The notes beneath the pieces are model-generated. The model did no database searches. It had not been told where the DNA came from and saw only the letters and a program-made list of their open reading frames with translations. A program made the position numbers and the translations under genes. From the human T2T-CHM13v2.0 reference genome, Homo sapiens, in assembly GCF_009914755.1 (NCBI RefSeq), contig NC_060947.1: a stretch of DNA of 64,000 bases. One strand, given 5' to 3'. The number at the start of each line of letters is the position of its first letter. Positions within the stretch are counted from its first letter, which is position 1. Shown here piece after piece: positions 1 to 11,710 of this stretch.

Positions 1-792
1 GTTTTTCCAATAATTTATTTTTAAAAGATAAATCACAAGAAAACAAGCAGATATGAGGGATGTGATAAAACAAATTTAAATTTGTTTGAAAACTTTATTT
101 AAATTGTTTTCTAAATATTTTATTTTATACAAGGAATATAAGGGTACTTAGGAAAACAACTGGGGAGAAATTTTTACTCCCTCTTAATGACCAACTCAAG
201 CCAGTGTGCTAGTAGCAACAGACAAATAGAGAAATAATCAGTTGTATGTGAGAATCATGCTATACCTCACTAAATAAATCAAATAGTATATGAGAGTAGG
301 GAATGGTTTTTCTTCTGATCAAATAATTAAAGCACTAAGAAAAACTGAAGAAAACTTAGTTTTGGTCAATGCAGAAGGCCTTAATGAAAAAGAATCTAAA
401 AATGGATGGACTCATTTTACAAAGGGCCTCATGATAAAATCAAGCAAAGGATGATGTGATCATAAACAAGACAGAATTAGTAGGCTTGACAAGATAAACT
501 TGGTTGACATGCTGGACTAGAGAAATACTAAGGAGGGAAATAGGGGATAGGATCAGATACAGAGTTAGGAATCACTCTCAGTGGGTTTTGTTGCTTAATA
601 AAAGATTTTGGCTGAGCACTGTTCATTTTGCAGGCCCACCCTGGAGCTATAGGTCCTAGGGCTAAATAACTGAACTGTGTTTGGGAGAATACAAATTCAT
701 GGAGGCTCTGGAGCTGCAGCCCCACTCCCACTCCCTTGCCCTCAATTATCCTTCCATATGTATTCTGCAGGACAGTGCTACCATCTCTGGAA

Positions 793-1024
793 GAAGTGAA
801 GCTTTTTTATTGCCTCACCAAGAAAAGATTCAAATCTTGGAGCCCTTTGCCCTAGAGCGAGAGAAAGAGAAAACAGTAAGCATGCCTTACATATCCTAGG
901 CCTTTCACAGGATTTCAATACGAATAATTCCAAGCCCCCGCGCCACTACTATATTCCATAAACAGCTTGCAAATTCCTCAACTTTCCTGGATTGTTAAAC
1001 AAATAAACATTATCACATTTGTCA
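793..1024. repeat. Local direct duplication, copy B of 2439-2668
   Basis: Hand alignment of 809-1024 with 2454-2668 gives about 16 differences in ~215 bp. Not recognisable as a common TE. Confidence 0.95.
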
Positions 1025-2269
1025 CCCAAACTTCTAGTTAGGTCTTAAAAGCTCAGCTTTTGACTGAGACCTTGTTAAAAATAGAGGATGATATTTTATG
1101 TGTCCTTCTCTGGCATGTCTGGAAAAAGGAGTTAGAAACTCTGCTCAAGGAAGTTGAAAGGCAACTTAAGCCTTTTCTGCATCCTCTTAAACAGCTTTGG
1201 CATAGCAAGTAGACCACCTGAGGCTGGCAGAAGTTGGATTCTGTTAAGAGATAAGTAGTCCAAGGGCCTTTGACTGAAGGTTGAAGGAAAACTGCTGGGA
1301 AGAACTTTTCACTCTAAGCTCAGATTCAGGGTGAGTTGATAGTGGAAAAATTAAATAATAGTGAGAAAGGTATCAAATTATACCTTAGGCATTTATTTCT
1401 TTAAAAGGGGTTGTACTAAAAAGAATTAACTGCTTTACTAGCTGATATGTTTGGGTTCAGCTGTTTTAATAAAGAGATTTTTTTAAATATAATAAACGAG
1501 AGGAAAAGCTTGCTTAACTATTTTAAACATGCCTGAGACTTAAGCCTTATTGCTTTGGTCCACGTGACTGTGGCAAGCCACTGCCAATAACCCCTTGAAA
1601 GTGGAATCTGGAAAACTAAAAGCATAAAGTAAAAACAAATGTTCAAAGGGATTTATTTTAGGAGAAGGGGTAGAGGGTTGAAAGGCAGGGTGGGCAGGAA
1701 AAGGGAGGGAAAATACAAAACTTTAAGGGAATCGCTCAGTTCAATCTATGATTTTTATATCTTTTACCCTGACAATATATCTTACATTTATTCTGTCATG
1801 TTTAGAATACTACCCTGAGTCCCAGTTAAATACTCATCTAGCAAGGACAATCCAATTATGTTGCCTAACTTAGGAAAAGAGACAGTGACAGTTTTGGAAA
1901 GATTTTGAAAAATGAGCAATAAGAAAACAAAGAAACTTCTTAGCCTTCAGTTATCCAAACAACACAATTAACCAGACTCTTCTCCCTCTTTCTTCCTTAT
2001 GCATTCCAGCCAATTGAGGTCACAATAGACTGGGATTCAGATGTATGTTTGCTGGAAGGCTTTTTTTTTCCTGGAACTAATCTTATAGTATCTGAGTTAT
2101 AAATTATGTTCATTAAATACTTTCTAGAGATTAAAACGAAATGAAAAAGAAAACATACTGCCTCCTACTTTTTTTCTGTGAAAATAGAGAGCTTCTCATC
2201 TTAATCCAAGTTGGGCCTGCTACTTTGGAATGACTAAACTTGGAGGTGGCTCTCTACTCTTCCATAAGG

Positions 2270-2497
2270 TTCACATCTATTGCAGTTTACATTCATACGG
2301 CCTTGCTAGTGATAGCTGGGTATTGAGCAAAACTTTTAAAAATTACTTCCCAAGGTCCTGCTCACACTGGAATTAGGTCATCCTCAGAGGTGTAGTCATT
2401 CACTAATTTCTTGCCCAGGCAGAACAATTTCTTGAACTGAAGTGAGCTTTCCCATTGCCTCACCAAGAGAAGATTCAAATCCTGGAGCCCTTTGCCC
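2270..2497 (-). other. GUCY2F: Probable non-coding terminal (3'UTR) exon of GUCY2F; 3' end uncertain
   Basis: Strong polypyrimidine acceptor TTTTCTCTTTCTCTCGCCCAG| (AG at 2499-2498), plus an otherwise unpaired donor after the stop codon. No canonical AATAAA nearby: variant AATAGA at ~2281-2276, canonical AATAAA at 1792-1787. Confidence 0.55.
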
Positions 2498-2668
2498 CTG
2501 GGCGAGAGAAAGAGAAAACAGTAACCATACCTTATATATCCTAGGCCTTTCACAGGATTTCAATATGAATGATTCCAAGCCCCACACCACTACTATATTC
2601 CATAAACAGCTTGCAAATTGCTCAACTTTCCTGGATTGTTAAACAAATAAACATTATTACATGTGTCA
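2439..2668. repeat. Local direct duplication, copy A (spans the putative terminal-exon acceptor)
   Basis: Shares long identical stretches with 793-1024, e.g. actttcctggattgttaaacaaataaacattat. Confidence 0.95.
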
Positions 2669-4120
2669 GGTTTGCAAAATTAGACATTGCCATTTACAAG
2701 GGTTTTACAAATTTAACAAAAAAGAGAGCATGTTAATATACAGGTGGTCTTCAACTTACTAATGAGGTATGTTCTACACATTTATAAATCAATGATTTGG
2801 AACTTGGAGTGGCTTCCTCCATAGTAACAGTGCTATATGTGTGGTGGTCAGGTTTCTAGCCAGTCCACAAAGGCTGATTTAACCCACATGGAGCAGAGTT
2901 ATATTAAAGCTCTGGTGGGAGTCCTGGGTCCTGATAGCAGAAGGAAAATGTGCTTTCTCTCCATTCGTTGAGTCCAATAAAGACTCAAAAGGTTTAAAAG
3001 AGGTGGAATCTAAGCTAACTTTTCCACCTTCATACTTATTTTCACCCTTCTTCTATTTCCCAGGGATCCACTGCTTTTGTGTTATCCCAAGCCTGCCAGT
3101 GTGACCCTCTATTCTTCAAAACTGCCAACTTCCCCATTTCTCCTTGTCCTAATCAAAACGAAACTGCCAAGTCCTCCTGAACAGTTAGCTCAGTTCACCT
3201 TCATTATGATATGGGTGATTAATTGTTTCTCACCCTCAAAAAAGCACATCTATGATTAAAAGAGGGGGCTTGTCAGCCCAAAATTAACCTCAGTAGGTGA
3301 AATTTTATGGAAAGTAACCAGATGATACAAAAACCAGGTTTGAGAAGTAGTGGATATTTGGGGACACAAGATAAGAGTTATCAGGTGACGTGTAGGGCCC
3401 TGCTTCAGAGGCAGCCCCTGTAATCACTTCACCAAAGCTGTGCCCCCTTTCATAGCAGTTTTTCTTCCTCCCTGGCCAACCCCACAGGGCTCTCTTAAAG
3501 GTTTCAAGTTTTTCCTCAACATCTCTTATGATGGTGGCAGCAAGTCAGTGGCATTCATAGGTATCATAGGTCTTTTGTAAGTTGGGTCTATCCCAGTAAG
3601 TGTCAGCCTGTAAATTCACAGAAAGTTGGAAACATTCTGGAATAGGTGGTGTTAGCAAGTAACAGCAACAGAGGAGTGCTTGGACTTAGGACAAGCCTTC
3701 TGAAATTTGTCAGGGATGTACTTCTTGGGGATTTTTGTGATTTGTATAGGCCACCAAGGCCATGTGGTCAGTTAACATGCTGATTGAAGTACATGTGTTA
3801 ATGAGGCCAGGACCAGGGATGGATTTCCTCTCTTGACCCAGTGGCTTCAATCTGTTCCATATATCTACAGTACACAGAAGCTGGCCCTCTGTCAAGGGGT
3901 TCCAGATGAGTGAATTTACAAATGACCTAAGCAACATGCATCTGCATGTCAGGAAAGCACTACCAATCACACAGCCAATGATGGTAAGTGAGTTGCAGTA
4001 TTTTCTGCTGCAAACTCCAACACATTCTTAGGAATGGATGGATTCTTGTACAGTGCCTCCAATGCCACACTACCCTTCCAAAGGGATAAATCCTTCAAGA
4101 ACTTCCAAACACTTTCCTAC

Positions 4121-4144
4121 AGAGAGAGAGAGAGAGAGAGAGAG
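4121..4144. repeat. (AG)n microsatellite followed by a degenerate (TG)n stretch
   Basis: 12 AG units seen directly. Confidence 0.9.
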
Positions 4145-5396
4145 GCTAGAGAGTATGTGTCTGGATCTGTGTGTGTGTCTGTCTGTGTCAGAGGTTGTTC
4201 CTGTGTTTCCCTAATCACAGGAAAGAATGTTTCTGGAAATTGGAAGACTGTAGAACAAATCCTGGCCCCAGGTGTCAGTGAGTCAGAGGGTGATTCAGGA
4301 GGCTGCAGAAGAGCCACACACTCAATACAGAAGCCTTTGTGATGCATAAATGTTTACGACTAGTTCAGAGTACCTGTTATTGTTGTAGAAATGAAGATGC
4401 ATTGGGGTTTCCTTAGGACAGAAACAGTCACAAAGAATCAACAAAGTCATCAGAGGCCAGTGGGAGAATATGAAAGTATGTGGATGCCTTTAGTAGTGGC
4501 TGCTAGAATTGTGATTATTTTGGGACATGTTAGAGAACAAGGGAGCAGGAGTATGTGGAGATGCCTTAATGTTTACCTTAGAATCTTGTGATTTCCAAGG
4601 ATATGTGGAGGGAGCAAAGTGTTTCAGGGCCAAAGTTTCCATGGAAGAGAGAATAAGAAAGCAAGATTTAAAAAAAAAAAAAGCAAACACGATAAAGAAG
4701 AGAAGAGATACTGAAAAGAGCCCAAGAACACAATGGATTCCTCAGAGATAAATACCGATAAATATGTGGAGAGAATTCTTGATAATTAGATGGTTGTTGC
4801 TGCTTCAGAATTGTACCATCCTAGTAGGGGAGGAAGGATGGGAGAAATTGTCCTGAATACAAGCCAGGCAGTCAAAGAGTAGCCAGTCTTATTTTGGTTG
4901 GCAAAATTGATCCTTTGAAAGGGATCAGGCAGTGCCTCCGGAGGAAATGACATAAACATCCCCTCCAAGGTGGTCTTGTCAACAGATCCCAGGAATAGCC
5001 GGTAGTCCTACTGCTATTGCCTAGACAGATGTAAGTCTCTAAAGATCTGATGTGGCTCACCATGTGGCCCAGGTGCTCAACAATAAAAGAGACAGGTGTA
5101 CCTGCCTGATAATTGGATAGCAAGGCCAGCTTTGTTAGCATTCAAATATGTTGTCAGGGCAAGAGGTAAGGGTCTCTCTCGGGCCAGGGCAGACAATTTC
5201 CCACAGGTGCAGCTCACCCTGCAGCAGGCCTCCCCACAACAAGGTTTTCACCCATTTTATTAGAGCTTGGAAATTCTCCAGCTCCATCACACTATGCCAA
5301 CAGAGTATAGGCTGACACTGGCACGCATGCCAAAGGAAGCCCCAGATTTGAAAATTTGGCAAGCTGCTGTGCTCTGTTTTCCTCCTGGCCATTACC

Positions 5397-5484
5397 TTAT
5401 GGCTTGTTTCTCACCAACTGCCTTTCTGCTTTTCTTCTTTGGAAGGCTGCAATCTCCACTGGTTGCAGGCCATGGCCCACTTGC
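5397..5484 (-). CDS. GUCY2F: GUCY2F last coding exon (~exon 19): (G)QVGHGLQPVEIAAFQRRKAERQLVRNKP*
   Basis: 88 coding nt including TAA (5399-5397). Acceptor ...ccctgcag| after a 92-nt intron. The stop is followed by G|gtaatg, a donor-like site. Confidence 0.92.
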
Positions 5485-5576
5485 CTGCAGGGCAGGGGAG
5501 ACATCAAATAGGTAGTGAAGAAAGTGTGGCAGAGTATGGCATAGGAAGACTCCAATTAAATGTGAACTCCACTTAC

Positions 5577-5665
5577 CCATCTTTGTCCACTGGTGGGGGC
5601 ACAGGAAGGGGCTTCATGAAGCCTTTTTTCCCAATCAGCCAGAAGGTTTCCTCTGTGCCTTTGCC
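5577..5665 (-). CDS. GUCY2F: GUCY2F coding exon (~exon 18): [29 protein letters not shown](G)
   Basis: 89 nt. Acceptor ...ataataag| and donor |gtaagt. Completes the KGKG...TFWL motif at the end of the cyclase domain. Confidence 0.94.
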
Positions 5666-7639
5666 CTTATTATAGAAAACATAAAAAATCTTAAGCCTGC
5701 TATAATCAATTTTCCAAAAGAATATAAGCATTCAGGTTGGCTCAGAAATTGCCTCACCACTCCCTGGAGTCTTCCTCCCTACGGGGCTGAGCCAGAGCAG
5801 CCAGATGAAAAGTGAACACTATATCAAGCTGTCATCCAGATGTTTTGTCTACCGCCACCATACAGCTTCATCATTGGGAATGTGTGGATGTTTGGCTTGA
5901 CAGCAACCAAATGTCTGGATGCTCAGTTGAAGATTTTGCTTATCATTTGTGCCCTGATCTTTTGGCATTAGGTAAGCCATTGTCTTCTGTATCTAGAGTA
6001 CATATATTCAGATTCTACCTACCCGCTTACCGTCTCATTCAATGGCTCTCACCAAACCCAAAAAGAGAGTAGAAATGGAAAACAGGCTGTTAAATTTTAA
6101 GCCTAAATTATCCTGGCTATTTTGAGAGGTCTACATTTGTGCAGTGTTCTTTTCTTCCAGCCAAGGGACTCTTACAGGTAGGGTAAGACTCCAGGTTGGC
6201 CTCCATCTATAGGTCAGTTACTTGGTTGTCAAGAACCACAAGTCTCAGAAGAGAAAAGGAGTGTAAACTCAAGCTAGTCACCCCAGGGCCTGAGTGATGA
6301 CCTCAGAGGAGTCAAATTTTCTGCCTCTGTTCTGCCTTTCTCTCTTTCCAGTAAACTTTCCTCTCAATGTGCTTCTCTCTCCTCCTTTCAATTCTCTTTC
6401 ATCTGTTCTCTCATTTCCTCTAATCCATAAGAAAAAAATGTGTTTACCAAGACTGAGAAAAGTAATGGGATGTGTTTCCAACTCATTAATCTGAAATATG
6501 GTCTCACTCACAGCAGCTCTCATTTGGAGCAGTTCTGAATTGTTTAACTTAGAAATTCCAATTAGATTTACCCCTTTAAATATCAAGTCCACTGTTCCCT
6601 ATTTTATATCACATATATTTATCCCTTAACAATAATGACAAAAACCATAATAATTAGCACATTTAATTGGAGAATCTCAAAGCATTTTGCAAATATTTGA
6701 TTCAAGGCTTGAACAAGCCTTCTATGAGGCAAGTAGAAAGAGCATACCACTATAGTCCAACCTCCATTAACTGGCATCAGACTCTCCCTAAGCCTCAAAT
6801 AGTTCAAATAATTGGACTATTTGAGCCCACTCTGTTTTCAGAAGAGGTAAGCAACTTGAAAATATATTCCATCACTCATTCTTTCATTTATTCCACTCCT
6901 CCTGTACTAGGGCTGGGAATACAGAGATGGTTCCATCCTTAAGGAACTCACAGTACAGTTAAACACAACCATTAGGCCATGTTATAGGTTCTAAACACAT
7001 GAAGCCCAACTCCTCTGATTCCAAAGCTTTTTCTTTTTACACAGTACCTAGTGTAGTGTCTTATACAGACAGTTGCCCAGTAAATAATCAGACTGTTTCA
7101 TTAATTGAAACTCTCAGCCCTTGTGCACTTGGAATACTCAAGACACCACTGGATCTTATTTTGGAAAAACATGCTATTAAAGTTCAAACTCAAGGGCCCC
7201 CCACCCTCAGCCATATTTGACTGTTTGTCTTGAGATCTAGAGGCTAACAGAACAGCATGCCAATCCCCAAGGGAGCTTTGTAGAGGGATTGTCCAAAGAT
7301 TTGGGTGGGTCTTAGGACACACTGGGATGCCAAAACTAATGGTTGCAAAAGAGGATAGAAGTGTTATGGACTCAGGCAAGCTTCCAAATCAAAGAGTATG
7401 CAGGGGAGCTCCAGGGGCTCTCTGAGGTTTTGGAGTCCATCCAAAAGAATTCTTAGAATCCCAGTTCTCTGTTTACCTACCTGACTTCCACAATTTTGCT
7501 AAAGGGAGAAAAAGAGAGAAAACAAGTATGGCAACAACTAAAGCCTGAACCAAACTCTTTGACCCAATATCAATCCCCAAGCAGTCCTAGAGATCCCCCA
7601 TATAAGAGCATCTTACTTTGGCATGATGCTTATGAGACA

Positions 7640-7830
7640 TTTTGGTATCTCCTATCTTATTTAATCCTCACAAAAATCTGGAATGTAGGTTAATTATTAA
7701 TCTCATTCTGCGAATGGGGACACTGAGATTCCTGGAGATTAAATGACTTGTCAATAAATAGGCACAGCTGGGACTTGAAACCAGCTCTACTAGACACCAA
7801 ATTTTAAATGCTCTTCCTTCCATACCACAA
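7640..7830 (+). mobile_element. MIR SINE fragment
   Basis: Core-like tttaatcctcacaa...gggacactgagattcctggagattaaatgacttg. Boundaries approximate. Confidence 0.65.
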
Positions 7831-8279
7831 AGCTTCTCCAACACACTGGAGTCAAAAGGCAGATCTAGAGGCCAAAAAGCAACTATTGGGAAATTTGAAG
7901 CTTGTGAGATTAATGAGCTTCCTGATAACCACAAGTCAGATGAGGCCTCTATGTGGACAAACGAAAGCACAGAGAGAGGGTGAAATTACTTGTCTGATGT
8001 CAGACATTAAGTCAGTGATGGGGCAAGAATTTGAGGCAAAACTTTCTGACCTTCATGGATCTGTCAGTACAATCTCACTATTTCTTAATTGCCTGTCTGT
8101 GTGCATGTGTGTGCTCATAGACATGCTCATACACACACTGCTTGTGTGTGTATGCTGGGGTTGGGATATGAGTGGGAAAGACTGGGGAAAATAAAACAAA
8201 TACTAATACTTAGGAACCTGAGAACCAAATACTGTTTAACCCCAGAATTCAAAGACAAGTTCAGAAAGTGCCCACTTCT

Positions 8280-9035
8280 AGAATGTAAATTAGTACAGCC
8301 ATTATGGAAAACAGCATGAAGATTCCTCCAAAAAGTTAAAGTAGAATTACCATATGATCTAGCAATTCCACTTCTGGGTATTTACTCAAAATATTGGAAT
8401 CAGTCTGTCAAAAAGATATCTGCACTCCCATGTTCATTGCAGCACTAGGCACATTAGCCAAGTTATGGAATTAACCTGTTTATCAACAGATGAATGGATA
8501 AAAAAAATTTAGTGTATACATACAATGGAATACTATTCATCCTTTAAAAAGAAAGAAATTCTATCACTTGTGACAACATGAATGGAATTGAAGAATATTT
8601 GCTAAGTGAAATAAGCCAGGCACAGAAAGGCAAATACTGCATGTTTTCACTTATATTTGGAATCTAAAACAATTGAATTAATAGAAGCAGAGAGTAGAAT
8701 GGTGGTTACAGAAGCCAAAGGTGGGTGAAATGAACAGATGATGGTGTAAGAACACAAAATCTGTTCAGTGAGGAAGAATATGTGTGATTTTTTCAGCTCT
8801 ATTGCATATCATGGTGAATATAGTTAATAATGCTGTACATTTCAAAATCACTAAACGAATGCATTTCAAATGTTCTCACCACAAAAAAAAAATGTTAAGT
8901 ATTTGAGGTGATGGCTATGTTAACTAGTTTGATTGAATTATTCCACATTGTATTAATAAATCATAACATCACTTTGTACCCCATAAAGTACACAATTATT
9001 AATTGTCAGTTTACAATAAAAAATTACAAAATATT
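8280..9035 (+). mobile_element. 5'-truncated L1 3' end (L1MA-type) with target-site duplication
   Basis: gaatgtaaattagtacagccattatggaaaacag...ataagccaggcacagaaag...aataaa tail. TSD aaagtgcccacttct (8265-8279) / aaagtgtccacctct (9039-9053). Confidence 0.88.
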
Positions 9036-10779
9036 TTTAAAGTGTCCACCTCTGGCAACAACATAAACTGGCTGAAGAGCAGTCATTTGAGAAAGTCTCC
9101 CCAGAATGTAAATCTACCTAAAAGTTTCTGGTAAATACAGCTGATAAGCCTAGATATATACAAAAATCTCAGCAAGGAGCCCCACACTTGTCAGAAAAAT
9201 AGTGACTGAAACAGGACTCATGTACGAGAAAAGGTAATACAGTGATTTATCACTAGCCCACAAGGCGAGAAATATTGAAAAAGTAGAACTGGCCAGTTAG
9301 GCATTGATAATTTGTTGCCTGTATAGTACAAGAGGGGCTTGAAGTGGGCAATGGGCAGTGGGCCCAAGAGGCTGAGCTTCTCATCTCTAAATGAGTCCTC
9401 CCCCAAGCTACTTCAGCTTCCTCACTTTGGTCTCTTTCTTTGTAACCTCAACCCAGCCAATTACTCAACTGCCCTATGTTCTCCTCTCTCACCCAATTAA
9501 TCCATGTTTTTGATTCCACTAAGGGAAATAACGTAAAGTGTCATCAACCTAGTGGAGGAGATGGCGTGGAGGGAAGAAGGTTCTTACTGGATATAAACCT
9601 TGAGCCCAAGAGAAAAGGCTTTAATGGAGGAATTTCAAACATCAGTCAGCTGGAAGGAAAAGACATTTCTAGCCATCAACTTTGAAATCACACCGGGCTC
9701 ACCATCAAATGTGATATTTCTGCCCCATGTACTAGAGCAACTCTTGCTTCCAGTAGCACAGAGTGGATGAGGAGTGAAAATATTGAATCAGAATTTCTGA
9801 AGTGTGCTGGCGACATGGTCTTATTGGGGGTATATTGCATGTCCCTGGTGGACCAGAAACCCCATGTGCCCCAGCCCTTATGATGCAAAGTACAACACCT
9901 GTTTCTGGTGGGGAGGTAGAGGGTACAGACACAGAAAGGATCTCTCCTCCTCTCCTGACCTTTCCTTGGGCCTTACTTCCTCTCCTCTTCCTTGTTCCCT
10001 TGCCCCTTCCTTTCCTCTGAGGCGCCCTCTTCTCTTCCCTCTTAATGTCTCCTCCTCATAAGGACCCTGCCACAACAATAATCCAGGCCCAATGTGGCAT
10101 CAGAGAAAGGCTCTTCTTCCAACTTGCTGTGAAATGTTCCCAAATTCCCTGGGGTTGGGGAAACCATGAAGCTGCAAAGGGCCCTTTTGAAGTTAAGTCC
10201 TGATTTTGTACTTGAAACACCCAAAGATGTGAGTGCTCCTGAATTGAATTTGTGGGACAATAAAAACCATTGGGACAGGGATGCATTTTCGTTTTTCAGT
10301 TTCAAAAGTGGCAACCCTTCAGCTTTTAAATGAGGGGCCTCTGCCCAGCAATGCAGAGGAAAAGGTCTTCAGGAAACCAAGCTGCATTTCTACTCCTCTG
10401 TTGAAATATGACAGAATGTATAGAAGGATCACAAAAGCTTTGGACAGTTAGATTCGCTGCCCAAGTAATATCCCTGTCCCCAACATTTTACTGTCTGAGT
10501 TCTCTGCAAGAGGTGGGAAAGGAGCCTCTGTCCCCTTGTAAGTGACTCATCCAACCTCCTGGAAGATACTAATGACCTATTGGAAGGAAAAAACTAGGAC
10601 TAGCCATAGGAGGAAGTTGTCAACTAGAGTTAGACCTTCCAAACTTTAACATCTGAAATCTAGCTACATGTAACTTGCCACTGTTTAGAAAAGGAATGCC
10701 AAAGTCAGAAGCTAATTGTGCATCACTTAGTGCCCTGCTCTTGCTTTGCCCAAAAATAGTCACTGAGAAAATCATCTTT

Positions 10780-10930
10780 ATGCAGCATGGTGTCATGGAA
10801 AGGTCACTAAAAAGGAAGTCAGGCTTCCTGAGTCTTGACCTGATTCTGCTATCAGTTGACTGTGTGACCCTGCTCAAACTACTTCACCTCTCTGGACCTT
10901 GGTTTTCATCTGAAAATGAGGGAGTTACAT
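10780..10930 (-). mobile_element. MIR SINE fragment
   Basis: tgtgtgaccctg...acttcacctctctggaccttggttttcatctgaaaatgag core motif. Confidence 0.65.
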
Positions 10931-11615
10931 TATTTTATCACTGAGCTCTTTTACAACTGGGTCAACCGGTGGTCTTTGGTCATTCAGAAATAGATAAATA
11001 GAACACAGTGGAAATGGCAAAAAAAGAAAACTAAAATTATTCTAATCCTATATCTCAGGTCTAGTGATAACTCTAACAGGGAAAAAGGGGCTACAAAATG
11101 TTTGCCTTTCATAGAAACTGACTTTGTTCCTCCTGGTTTCTTAGGGAAAGAAAAAGTCTCTCTGCAAATAGTGTGCCAATGGGTGCCTTTCACCCAGGAA
11201 GGGTGGCCACTGAGAAAGTGAATAGAAAATCCAAACTCACAATTACTATGGCTTATTGAACAATGTCTGGCACTGCCAAAGAGTGAAAAAATGTAGGTTA
11301 GAAAATGTAAATAATAGTGCAGCTCATTGGAAAGCCAAATTCTGTGCAGTTCTTTAAGAGAGAAAGATACAACTTACAGTCTGAAAAATGCAGAAAAAAT
11401 CTCAATACTCCTCCCCACTGTAGCCATATTTTAAAGAGAAGAAAATTGAGGCAAAATGGAGCAATCTTTTGGGAACCCCAAATGGGGCTGAAGATTCTGC
11501 CCAAGTTATAGCTCTGAGTCTCAGACTCCCAGGTAAACTCTTTCAGCAGACCATGACCTCTCCAGAAGCAGGTGTATCCAAGTAGTCTGGCTCAAAAAAC
11601 AAAAAGACATTATAC

Positions 11616-11710
11616 CTTGAGCTCTGTTCTTCCTCGAAGCTCCACTTCATAGCCCTCACTCAGATTTTGAAGAATTGTAACAGTGCTGAGACTGACATGA
11701 ATGCGATAAG
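11616..11710 (-). CDS. GUCY2F: GUCY2F coding exon (~exon 17): (P)[31 protein letters not shown]
   Basis: 95 nt. Acceptor ...ttttgcag| and donor |gtataa. In frame with both neighbouring exons. Confidence 0.95.

Noticed and set aside
681-899. Similar peptides from ORFs 681..899 and 2442..2642 suggesting a small gene pair
   Set aside because: The similarity comes only from the DNA duplication; the frames are not preserved between copies.
3400-3610. Possible extra minus-strand exon after ...tttacag at ~3608
   Set aside because: Poor polypyrimidine tract, and I found no convincing donor or coding signal.
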